Shown one piece after another: positions 12,292 through 24,179 of a stretch of 64,000 bases of DNA. Origin of the DNA: Piromyces finnis finn (Eukaryota > Fungi > Neocallimastigomycota); assembly GCA_002104945.1 (NCBI GenBank), contig MCFH01000048.1, forward strand, positions 383,868-447,867, given 5' to 3'. Under the pieces are notes generated by a model, which was given only the letters and a program-made list of their open reading frames with translations, was not told the DNA's origin and made no database searches. The stretch's first letter is position 1. Every line of letters starts with the position of its first letter. A program made the translations under genes and the position numbers.

Positions 12292-13185
12292 ATGTCATCC
12301 TACGGTAAATATAGTAAATATCGTAAGATGAATTATCCATCCAAAAGTGGATATGGATCATCCCTAAAGAAACGTACTTATTCACAATATCGCCAATCTA
12401 AGCAAGGAAATGACTCACTTTCTTTTGTTGTCAATTGTAATCATGTTTTTTCTGCTTTTTACAATCCTTCTGATGAATCTGGTACTGCTTGTATTAATGT
12501 ATGGGATGTATTACAACGCAATTCTAATTTTGCCTCTTTGAAAAACATGTATGATCAAGTTCGTATTGACGGTCTTCGTGTAAAATTATCTGTTACTGAT
12601 GCTGTTACATCTATTTAACAAATTTCTCAAGTTAAGAATATTATAATTTATACAGCTTGGGATCGTACTGGTTTATCTCGTAACTAATATGTTGCTTATA
12701 GTAACGGTAATGAAGTAATTGCTGACACTGATGCAGATTCTGATGATTTAATGTATTTCAGAACACGTATTGGTAGTGGTATTGTCAATGCTAATGGAGG
12801 TGATAAGAGTATATTAAATTCCTTCCAAAGATGGAGCAAGTATTTATCTATCTATCCAAATCTCTCTAATGAAAAGGGTCAATATGTAGCCACTTCTGAT
12901 ATTGAAAGATTTGTTTCTCTCAGTAATTCCAAAACTGGTGTCAATACTGTTTCTAATTTTTATAATGATGGATGTCTTTTAGATGCTATTAATTTCTCTA
13001 ATCCTGTTATTCCATTTGAAAGTTCATCTGTTAGATTCAAACCTTGTCTTCTTGTTGGTGTTTTCAGTAATCAAGTTGATACATCATCTGGTTTAATTAC
13101 ACAATATGGAGCTACTAGTCCAGTTATTTTCAATGGTGAATTTTCTATTTCCTGTACTTTCAAGAACCTCAAGGGAGCAAGGTAA
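12292..13185 (+). pseudogene. cap: CRESS virus 2 capsid protein, unspliced form (297 aa; in-frame TAA at 12616 and 12685)
   Basis: ORFs 12292-12618 and 12751-13185 are in one frame. Basic N-terminus, jelly-roll-like MYDQVRIDGLRVKL, AWDRTG, FKPCLLVG, ending TFKNLKGAR*. Confidence 0.8.
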
Positions 13186-13238
13186 ATATATAATAATATA
13201 TTTTATTTTTATTTTTTAAAATACTAATTTTTCATTAG
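13182..13238 (+). other. Predicted 57-nt spliceosomal intron joining the capsid to the downstream ORF
   Basis: Donor AG|GTAAAT, near-pure A/T body, branch-like TACTAAT at 13222-13228, acceptor CATTAG|C. Splicing removes the capsid stop and gives in-frame KGA-S-NSS-MGGND. Confidence 0.8.
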
Positions 13239-15932
13239 CAATTCTTCTATGGGGGGTAACGACGAAATGAGAAATAATCAAATTACCGTGTCAGCTAATG
13301 AACAATTAATGGAAACTGATCAAACTGTTACAGCTTCTGATATATCTTTTGCTAATTATAATGGACTTACTCGAGCAGTTGTAAATGCTGAACCTTCTGA
13401 AAATGATTATAAATATGTTGAAATTACTGATTTGGTCAACTCCCCTTATGTTTTAGATAACCCTAAAGGAAAAAGATATTGTTCCTCTGTAAGATTTAGA
13501 ATTAAAAAGGGTGTTGAATTGACACCAATACAACTTCCTGGTATTATTCTTGAACTGAAATCATCTGAAGCTCGTGGAACATGGGGATGGGGATTGTTTA
13601 AAACACCTGAAACCACAGATGCTACTGTTACTGATGAACTTGGTGTAAATAGTAATGCTACTTTAATTACTTGAGATCAATTTTCTCAAGGATAGGCAAA
13701 TCAACAAGTCTCTCTTAAGAAGGGAGAAGTTATTACTATTGTTAAATCCACTCCTAATGGTAATGAGGTTAAAACTATTCATAATGATACAGCTTTTGAT
13801 AAAGTTATTAAATTTGGAGAGAAGGTTCTTTATTTTGTTCAAAAAACTATTTCATTTGGTCAAAGAGTTGCTGATGTTGTTGTTAAAGCAATTGATGTTG
13901 TCAAGAAGGTTAAATGGGTTTGGACTGCTATTAAATTTAGTGTTTCACTTGCAGCTGTTATTATTGATGATAATGAAGTTTTAGTTGTTGATGAAAAGGA
14001 ATATATTGGTTTCTCTGCTGACACCTTTGATTTCATTTCTCTTGAAAATTGCTTTTTTTTTTTCTTTAGTGAAATTTCATCTTTTAGTCATGAAGGATCT
14101 TCAAGTAATGATTTATTACTTGATAATTCTCTTAGAATTACAAATAATGGAGTTTATTCTGTTAAGGATATTGTTAATTCATTTTCTTCTCATTCTGGTA
14201 GAAATTATGATGGTTGGAGTAAGGAATCTAATTTACTATTGATGTTGATGTTGGAGATATTACAAGAACCCACGGTGAACAGAATGTTGTAACTGTTAAA
14301 AAAGAAACTATGATTAAATCGGATAACGATATGGATGTTGCTTCTTCACGTTAATTTAATGGTCGTTATTTAATTACTTCTCTTAACGATACAAAAGATA
14401 TTATTGAAAACGAAGTTATTATGGGAAATGATGATGTAATGACTCTTGATGCTGGTGATGGAATATATCCTGTTGTAAAATATGATATTTCTAACGTTTT
14501 AACTAGAGAACATTATGATTATAAAGATATTAATGGACAGTGGGTTGAATTAAATAATAATCAACTCTATACAGTTCCGTTATATGATAATAGTAAGGGA
14601 TTTGTTGGTTCTAGGGAAGTTTCATTTAAAGTCAACGTTCCTCAAAATGTATTGAAGGAATATTTTTCGAAAGCCATTTCAAATAATGGATCTTTTACCA
14701 TTCGAGCACCTGATGGATTTGATGGTATTAAGGAAATTTCTTTAAATGTTGATGTTCCTACTAACAACAATAATGTTGTTAATCAAAGTAAAACAATTTC
14801 TGTTTCATCTAATGGTTCCGTTACTGTGGAACCTGATCAAGGATTTTCTGGTTTAAATAGTGTTATTATTAATATCAATGTTCAACCTAGAGTTCAGGAA
14901 CTTGAAGAAACACTTAATACAAATGATCTTTGGACTATTACTCCTGATGAAGGATATGATTATTTTTCTTCTGTTAAGGTACATGTTGATGTTCCTGAAA
15001 AATTACTTGAATTTATGTCAAATAAAAGAATTACCTCAAATGGTAGTTTGAAAATTGAAGATTTAATGAACGATGAAAATTCTGATGGTGTTTCTAAGGA
15101 TTCAACTGTTGTTGTTGATGTTCCTGTTCCTTCTGTTCAGAGTAGTAAATATACTACTTTGTCCAGTGGTGGACAATATGTTATTAGACCTAATTCTGGA
15201 TATGATACGATGTCCCAAGTTACAGTTAAAGTTGATATTAAAGATCAAGAAAGTCCTAATGTAGCTACACTTGAAGAAAATATTAGTTCTAATAATTCTT
15301 ATATACTTTATCCTCCTGAGGGATATGATTATTTATCATTCGTTAAGGTCGGCGTCAATGTTCCGGAAAAACAACTTAAAAAATTAACTCGAACTATTAC
15401 TTCAAATGGTTGTTAATGTAAAATCCATTCAATTTTAATTGTGATGGATTTGATGAAGTTGAACTTATGGTTAACGTTCAACCTAAGTTAACCAGCATTC
15501 CTGTTATGTATAGTTCGAATGGTACATATGTTCTTGACCCACCAACAGGTCACGATGGTTATAGTAAAATCAACGTTGAAGTTAACGTTCCTTATTCTCA
15601 TAATTTACCTAATTTGGATCATTTTATTTATGGAACTACTAAATGGTATTTAGCATTTTTCCAAGCTGGTACTTCTGATGGTAGAGTTTTTAATTTGAAT
15701 TCTGGACATACACTTATTAAAATTACTAAATTTGACAGTTATTATGATATTGAATGTGCTTCTGTTCCTCTTAATTACACAACAACTCACTGTTACTTGT
15801 TATAGTAATTCTATCTGTGGTGTGTTTAATGGTGCCCCTGCTAATTTTACCATGACAAACGCCTACAGTTCCGTATTGCCCAGGAAGTTTATTGAAATAT
15901 TTAGTAGTAACCAAATTAAGATAACTTCATGA
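13239..15932 (+). pseudogene. Capsid-fused fibre/spike-like extension (~900 aa) with ~9 repeats of consensus (I/L)xxNGxYxxxPxxGYDGxxxVxVxVxVP
   Basis: Continuous coding signal across ORFs 13249, 14421, 15467 and 15732. Interrupted by TGA 13672, TAG 13693, TAA 14352 and frameshifts near 14230, 15415 and 15790. Confidence 0.75.
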
Positions 15933-16784
15933 ATCAATAAGAAGTTTTTTTTAATATTATCGACTAAGGCTATAACTATACCTAAGTCGCCATTTTTAAA
16001 TTTGGTATTATGGATTGTCATATTATTATAAAAATTAAAATCATCATTAAATATATAGAATTAACAAATTTTAATTTTTCTAGTTTAATGTTCTTAGTTC
16101 ACTTTTAAGTTTAGGACAAATATCAAGAATTTGAGCAAAAGAAATGTTACACTTGATATTAGCTCTAATCTTAAGTTAGTTTAAATAATTAAATAATATT
16201 AATAGTTTATTTATTTATTCATTATTAGCTTTTAATGGCTCCTAAGTATCTTTTAATTTCTTGATAAGTTATACAACTTATCAAAGTAAAAGGAGCGATG
16301 TAAGAAACATAGATAAAATCTATATAATCTATCTATTTTCTATTAATTAATTAATATTTATTATAATATTTATTATTACTTATTATTTAAATACATTAAT
16401 TTAATACATTGATTAAATACATTGATTTATTACATCAATTTAGTTGTATCATTTTAACCAATCCATGTATAATGTAATAAATTAATATAAAAGAATAATC
16501 TTGATTTCTCAAAAGAGAATCAAGATTTTTGAGAAATCAAGAGTTATTATTATATAAATTTATTGAAAAATAAAGAATTAATTATTTAAAAGGAATATTT
16601 TGTTTAATGTGTGTTTTAATATTTATGTGTTGATATTTAATATTTTTATATATTAGTATTTTTATAATAAACTCAAAATTAATAATTTTATTTTCTTTCT
16701 CAAATTAATAATAGTTAATTAGTTTATTATTAATTTGTAAAAGAAGTTATTTATAATTTATTTATAAGTAACTTCTTACATTTT

Positions 16785-16905
16785 GTCACAATAACATATA
16801 TAAAATTTTAAAAAATTTTTTTTAAAATTTTAATTAAAAAATTTCAAAAGTATAAAATTTCTAATCTTTGAAATTATTAAATTTTATTTTAAATATATTA
16901 ATTGT
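16785..16905 (+). repeat. Fragment related to the 5' end of the chromovirus LTR at 54136
   Basis: TGTCACAATAACATATATAAAA...AAAGTATAAAATTTCTAAT shared with 54136-54300. Confidence 0.7.
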
Positions 16906-19270
16906 TTAACCTCTCTTCCTCCCCTTTCGACAATAGCGTCACGTATTTGGGATTCCTTTACTTTCGGAATGTAGGCCTGTAAATAAGATCATAAATCTCT
17001 GAGGAACTCATATCCGTAATATTTTCCTTTGTACCTAGATGGTGTTTCATGAAATACTTTTCGGAAGCCCTGGTTGTTCTGGAGTTCAAGGGCGGACAAA
17101 TCCTTGAAGTCCTCTGACCGAAAGGATACCGTGTTCCTAAATTTAGGGTTATATACACGAAGATGTTAACTGAGATAATAGTACTGTTCTTCTTTAGAGC
17201 TAGTACTGAAATCGGGCTTAACTCGGGAAAATAAATCGTTCAATCTTTCTTTAAATTCCTCTTGGGATTTATTTTTAACCTTATTTCTTTTAAAATAGTC
17301 TTGTTTTTCTTCTTCATTATTGAAACATTCATTGAATCTGTTTGTGGAATTTTTAACTTTATCGAATAATCTTCTAGTTAAAGAATCAGAGGAGTTCGAA
17401 CTAGAGGTTGAATTATTTCTGCGAGAATCATTAGATATAGATCTTCTGCCTCGATTTTCTTGTTGTGTCTCTAATTGTTCTATGCGTTTATATAGTTGTT
17501 CCAATTCTTTATGAGTAAAGTCTCTTTGACGATTTTCCTTTTCGATATTAGCCATTAAGTCACTTCATTAAAATCTTCCTCTATGCGTTTACGGTTTTCT
17601 TGGATTTTTAAATTAATCCTTTTGTATTGAGCTCCTTCTCTTTCATCAAGCGTTGAAGTCCCTATAAAGGATGTATCTTTGCGAAATTTAGAAATATTAC
17701 TAAGTATAATTTTATACTCTGGATGCTCATTTTGTGTATGCATTAAGTAAAACTCGTTGATAAGAGTATTTATTATTTTTTCGCATTTTTCATTTTTCGG
17801 TTTTAGGGTAATTTGAAATGTATTAAAATCATTTTCTATTTTGAATAGATATTTTGTTTTGGAGTTGCGTTGAAATAGAAGTTTATATTCATTATTGATA
17901 TCTTGTATCCTTAAGTGTTTAATCTTGCTTAATTGTTTTTTGAGATTAGTGATTTCTGATAGACATTTATTTAACTTTGGATTTTTACAATATTTCTGTA
18001 ATTCTTCATATTTATATAATAAATCTTCGTACGGTGAATTTAATTCCTTAAGTTTTGTCTGTGTTTCGTTTTGAGATGTGTGTGAGCTAGTCAATTTAAT
18101 CTCTTCTTTGTTGACTTCTGCCTCAAATTCCAAAGTTTTAAGTCTTTCTTGTAATTTAACTTGGAGTGTAGTATTATCTCCTAAACTTGTCTTTAATTTA
18201 TTAAATTCATTATCTATATTGATATTGGTTAAATCTTGTTGTTTATAAAATTCTTGATATTGATTTTGTAGATTGGACACCAGTTCTTTGGTATCTGTTC
18301 TTATGCTCTGTAGTTTTTCCACCATTTCGTTATTTATAATAGTGGTAATATTTTCTTTAAACACGTTGGTTTCAGTAATTTGATTATTTATTTTGTTAAG
18401 TTCGTCCTTCACCATATTAACTTAGATTTTTAAGATGTTAATTTCCCATTGAGAGTTTCTTATATCCTCGTTATGGGAAGTAGTAGCTTGTTCTAAAGGT
18501 ATGAGATGTTCAGACTTCACTGTAGTCGTTCTTACCTGTTGGATGTTGTCTTGTAGTTGTTCTATAGCATCATTCAATTCAGTGGGTTTAATTGTATTAT
18601 TACTGATATCATTAGCGAGTTGTTGTACTGCTACGCTTTCAGCCTTGTTAGCTATTTTAGCTTCTAAAGCGATAATTTTCTTTTCATTTTCCGTGATTCC
18701 GGCTTGCAGGGAGGTACTTAGGATAGCCGTAAGTGTAGCAAATTGTGCGATCATTTGTTCCATAAAATTACGCATCATATCTTGCATTTCTATTTTAGTG
18801 TTTGAGTTGTCTTCTTTAAGTTCTTTATAAATCTTATCGGTTGCCAGAAATACTTTGGCACCTGAATTTTCCTTATTATAACTTAAAATTTGACCATTTC
18901 CTCCATAACTGTTTTTTATTTCGTTTTCTAAAGTGGGTTTATTGGTTTCTTCGGGAACCGTTGTATCAAAATAATTTTCTACAGGATCAAATGGCATCTC
19001 AGAGTTGTTTTGTTCTTGCTTCTCGATGGTGTTCTTACCTTTCCCTTTCAAGATTTCATTAACTTCTATATCAAGAATATTAGTTATTGATAGAGTTAAT
19101 GTTTCGCCTTCAATCTCCATTTTGAATGGTTAGAAGCAGTTTACGTGTTAGATCCTTCCTTGGCTTTCTGTTTAAAATTTGATGTCAACTTCTACGATTA
19201 ATCTAGGTTGCTTCTCGGGTAATTTTATACATAATCTAATCGGATTTGTAGACCAGTAATCGTGAAATTA
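16905..19270 (-). mobile_element. 5' part of the integrase-less retroelement: ORF A (19120-18422), coiled-coil ORF B (18415-17555), ORF C/gag start (17555-16905, truncated)
   Basis: ORF A is homologous to 37875-38567. ORF C continues through stops into YLQAYIPKVKESQIRDAIVERGGREVKQ, matching gag at 266 and 32973. ORF B/C overlap as TAATG. Confidence 0.8.
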
Positions 19271-22200
19271 TCTTAATTTTATTTTTGAACGGTAATAACT
19301 TGAATTGGGAACTTTGCGCCTTCTAAATGATGTCTCCATACATCAAAGGCGGTAATAACATCCAGAAGCTCCTTATCATAGATAGTGTAATTAGCTTCAG
19401 CTTTGTTCAAAGATCTTGAGTAAAATACTACAGGATGTAACATATTATCTTTATCACTAATTTGTGAGAGAATGCATCCTAACGTAAAGTCACTAGCGTC
19501 TGATTCAACGACAAATTTTTTGTCTGAGTTTGGAAAGATAAGTAATTCGTCATTTTTAAAAGCCTGTTTAAGTAGATAGAAGGACCGTTCAGTTTGAGTA
19601 TCCCAATTGAAAGCAAAGTTACCTTTTAGCAGCCTATGAAGAGGTTCCATTATCTCGGCAAAGTTTTTTATGAACTTTCTGTAAAAGTTGCATAAGCCCA
19701 AAAAACTTCTGGAGTTCTTTTAAGTTTTTTGGCGTTGGCCAACTCAAGATTGATTTTACCTTGTTAGTGTAAAAGGTTTTATATATCAAAACAGATTATA
19801 AAATTTTTTTTTACAATAAAACAATAAACACAAAATAAACAAAAAGAAACAAAAAATAAATTATTAAAAATATCTCTTTTATTAATTTTATTTAGTTATT
19901 AACTAAATAATAGTCAATAACAATTACATTGTTTTAACCAAGAAATTTTACATGTATTTATATTTTTTGTAAATTATATTTTAATATACTATTCTATTTA
20001 ATTATACATATATTCAATATAAAATAAACAAAACTAATTTAATACTAATTTAATTAAATAATAAAATAATAAAACTAAACTAAAACTAATTAAATACACT
20101 TTTAATTCAATTTGAGTAAACTACAAATTGAATACAGTCCATGTATTACCTATATATTAATTAAATATTAATAATACTATTTATTATTTATTTGCTATTA
20201 AAAATGCTAATTTAAAACTACGCTAAAGTTATTAAATTAATTTTAATTAAATAAAAAAACTTTTTAAGATTTAATTTGAATATTTAAAATATTTAAATTT
20301 AATTATCCATTAATTTAAATATTTATCCAGATTTCATTTCTAACTTTGATATTTTAAAATTAATCTTTATTTAATTATTCCATAAAATTTATACAGTAAA
20401 TTTTATAAATAATTTTTCATTAAAATATCAAAATTATTATTTAATAATTATTAATTAATTATTAAATAATTTAAAGATATATTTTATATCTTTACAGTCA
20501 GGATCTATTGTAAGACCATTAGAAGAAACATTGAACCCTGTAAAGATTATTAAATAATCAATATTTTAATGATTTATTTAATAATCTCCAAGAAAAAAAC
20601 TAATTTCTCAATCACAAAGATTTTTATTGTGTTACGTGAACCAAAGTTATTCATCACTTAGTGTAACACATAAAATTTATAATAAATAAAGTTCAAAAAA
20701 TTAATGAAAATCTCTTAAAGGATTTTCATAAAGATTTACATTAAAATTTTTGTCATTTAATATTGTGAAATTAAATTATTATATTTTAAGATTCTTAAGG
20801 ATAGTTTTATATTGAATAGCAATATAAATAAATTGACTATTAAGTAGTTAATAACATTTTAATAAAATAATAAAACTATAAATCAAAAAAAAGTGTCTTT
20901 AAAAAAAAGAAATTTAGTGTTATTGAAGTTTTGTTTAATCTAGTGTTTTACAAAGCTTTACAGAACCCTATAAATATGTTGACTTAACGTGAAAGTCACG
21001 TTTCTCGAGTTTCACATAAAGGCCATTATCGATGAGGAGTTGAAGTATGTTTTCAGCATATTTGATATGCTCTTCAATATTATTTAAGTAAATAATTATA
21101 TCATCTAAATAGACTTGAGCATAAGAATCTATAATGTCTGAAAGCACATCACGTATGAATCTTTGGAAGACCGAAAGGCATTACAAGATATTCATAATGT
21201 CCAAGCGGAGTTCGGAAAGCAGTTAAATATTTATGGCCTTCCCTAACACGAACTAAGTTAAAGGCTGATTTAAGATCAAGCCTAGTGAAGATCAAAGCAC
21301 TTTTGAATGATTCAATCAAATCATTAATCTTTGGAAGAGGATAACCGTTCCTGATAGTAACTGCATTCAAATGGCGGTAGTCCACACATTATCGAAGTGA
21401 TACGTCATGTTTTTTCACGAACAAGACAGGAGCACCGGCTGATGACTTAAACTTTCGGATAAAACCATTTTCAAGGTTTTCATTAATATATTTTTTTAAT
21501 ACTTCTAATTCGACAACCATTAATGGATATATGTGACCAAAGTTTAATTGACTATATTGGTATTAAGGCAATCGAAATATCATAAGCTCGATGAGGCTGA
21601 AGTTTGTCAGCTTCCGCCTTTTCGAACACCTTCGTTAACTTAAAGTAATATCTCTTTATAATATCTTCTTTGGCTTCGGCTTTACTGGCAGATATATCCT
21701 AGACCCTCCATCTATGATAGTTCTCATTTCTATCATAGAGTTACACCAGTTATAATTGTGATCTTGAATTTCTTCTGCGATTATCATTATAAATATTATA
21801 AACCATTGTAACTGTATCATTATTTGATTTAAAAACGAATTTATTACCTCTACATGACTTGCAATGATCATTAGAATAATAATCCAAGAAATATATTTTG
21901 TTTTTTTTAAAATTAATAAGATTTATGAATTGCAAGCCATTCCCTTCCTGGAATTCCATAAATTCTGTGAATTTGAAGATTATCAATAAAAAATTTGTAA
22001 TCCTCAACATGATCCATTAATGAGCTTCAATGGGGCAGTAACATATCTAATAGCCATGTTTTTACTATTGGGAAGCTGGATATTTATGGGAGAGGTAAGA
22101 CCTTAAGTTAGTATTTTTTTGTTGGTAGCAAAGATTCAGCAGAGTAAATTAAAATATTACATTTGATGATTTTTTTCCTTTATTTGAATAGTGAAAACAG

Positions 22201-22935
22201 TTGTCATTGAGGTTTTGCTATTAGGAGTGTAAGTTGATAAAATTTCACTCTTAGCCTTTCCCTTTCTTTGAACAATGTGAACTTATTTTTTACTTTAGTT
22301 AAATCGTGCTTCTTCCTTCCAAAATATTTATGATATTTTCCATGAATTTTACTTGGTTTATGTCTGATGTAACTTTCTAAGTAGCATTTCTTATCGATCT
22401 CTATGATAGCATTGGTAGCCTCAAACAAGATGCTTGGTTTTTCAATCTTGTTATACTCTTCGCAGACTCGGTCTAGTAGGCCTTTTCCAATAATATTGAT
22501 GAACACTTCGTCTTGCCATCCTATCCTACTTGTGATGCGGCGGAATTCAATAGTGTAGTCAGTTACTTTACCCATCTGTTACTGTTTCAACTTCCATAAC
22601 TTTTCCATAAAAACATATTTTTCTTTTCTACTATCCCTTATATCAAAGTTCCTTAAAAGTAGTTCCTTAAAGTTATCATAGCTTAAATTCTTCAGAGTTC
22701 CATCGGCTAATAGAGATAGCCCCCATTTACTAGTGGTTCCATAACTTGTTTATGATGAAAGAAATAAGTTAGGCGCGTCTTGAGTTCATGATTCTTTTGC
22801 AAGAATCCCAATAGGCGAGAGGAATGCTGGTAGAATATCAGTTAGGGTAGCTATTAATTTGGAAATTTCAACAGTTGCATTATTGCTCTTTGGAGTATTT
22901 TCTTGAATATCTTGACTATTACTACTAAACTCCAT
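19270..22935 (-). mobile_element. Degenerate Ty3/gypsy element (gag, RT, RNase H), interrupted by a solo LTR and another AT-rich insertion
   Basis: gag 22935-22204, [19 protein letters not shown] (21149-21385), RNase H VESDASDF/DKELL (19279-19701). Confidence 0.88.
19768..20496. mobile_element. Solo LTR (family A)
   Basis: TG...CA termini and near-perfect TSD GTTAG/GTCAG. Removal restores IDPD|KVKS. Confidence 0.88.
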
Positions 22936-23082
22936 ATTATCTATATTATAAATTTTAAAAATAAAATAAGATCAGTGTAGAATAAAATATTATTAATATT
23001 ATTATATTTATGTTACTAATACTGTAGTACTGTAGGATATCTTAATTGTAAAATTGTTGATGATGTTTTATAATAATACATC

Positions 23083-23121
<39 letters not shown>

Positions 23122-23378
23122 TTGGAAAACATAACTTTATATATATTTACAATAGTATTTAATTAATTGGATAAAAATATTTTTTTATTTGATTAGTAAT
23201 AGTTTTTTTTTACAATACTAAAATATTTTATATATATTAATATTATATTATATTTATTTATTTTTATAAAATTTATATTGTGAATTGAATCTTTAATATT
23301 AATGAATAATAATTATTAAATAACTTGATGTATGCATAGTTATTATTGTAATTATTATTATTATATTTTTTTTATAAT

Positions 23379-23800
23379 TGTGAAATAAATTTAATTAATA
23401 ATTTTATTAATAAAGTTAACAAAGAGAAAAAGTTACATTGTAAGTTTACAATTATATAATAAGATGTGAGGTCATGTGATAATAGAAAATAAAATAAATA
23501 AAAAACAATTATCTCTAAAATACGAAGACATTACGTTTACAACACCTTTAATACATGTTTACATTTTTATAAGTTAGTCACGTGTATTCATAAATATATG
23601 ATATAAAAAATAAAATTATGTGTTCATAAATGTTCACACTCCCCCTCAAATTAGATTTTCTTTATGAATATCTTATTTGTATATTCAAACATTCTTGGAA
23701 CAGGTAGATCTTTAGTTAGAGTCGGCTAGCATTTCCATGGTGTTTTTATATTCTATTTTAATTTTGTTTTTACTGTAACGCTTCTTAGTTTAATTTTATA
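23379..23800 (-). mobile_element. Ty1/copia 3' remnant: RNase H end, PPT and 260-bp LTR (family C)
   Basis: MLAD(S)LTKDLP at ~23700-23740, PPT TTTGAGGGGGAG, LTR 23379-23638 homologous to 44365-44636 and 48359-48623. Confidence 0.85.
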
Positions 23801-24179
23801 TTGATTAAGAAGCTTTGTTGATTCAACAGGTTTACACCCAAAAAAAAATAATTTATTTAAAAAAATATATATTTTGTTGATTTTATTTTTTCAAAAGAAA
23901 AATTTTATTTTTTTTTTAATTTTACATCTATTTATATTTTTTTCAATATTTAAACAATCCAATCAAAAAAATATAATTCTAAATCTTTAATTTGATTTGA
24001 TTAAATAATTTAATTAATAAAATCTAAGAAAAATAATGAAACATTAATTATATAAAACAATTACTAATTAATTTTGTTGGAAACAGTATGAATCAAACCT
24101 ATGATAGTTTGATTCAGTCTTAGTACTTTACAACTAGGACAAATTTCTAAATTTAATAATAAACAGATTCGTTACATTT

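Larger units (their letters stand above)
10660..15990. mobile_element. Endogenous CRESS ssDNA virus 2 (>5.2 kb; divergent rep and cap/fibre around an origin)
   Basis: Rep on -, origin hairpin, capsid on +, and a spliced extension to 15932. Outer boundaries are approximate. Confidence 0.9.

Noticed and set aside
7859-14354. RIP-like or deamination signature in the nonsense codons
   Set aside because: The stops are compatible with CAA>TAA or TGG>TGA/TAG, but the ancestral codons are unknown and AT-biased mutation would give the same picture.
7499-15932. Alternative genetic code (TAA/TAG = Gln) to explain in-frame stops in the viral genes
   Set aside because: Only a few TAR codons against many CAA, TGA stops also interrupt, and the natural gene ends use TAA. 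Nonsense decay is simpler.
16255-16545. Perfect small inverted repeats (16261-16284; ~16499-16541)
   Set aside because: No context linking them to an element end or a gene, so no function can be supported.
16909-16927. Purine run AAAGGGGAGGAAGAGAGG as a polypurine tract
   Set aside because: It is coding sequence (ERGGREVK), conserved at protein level in the other gag copies.
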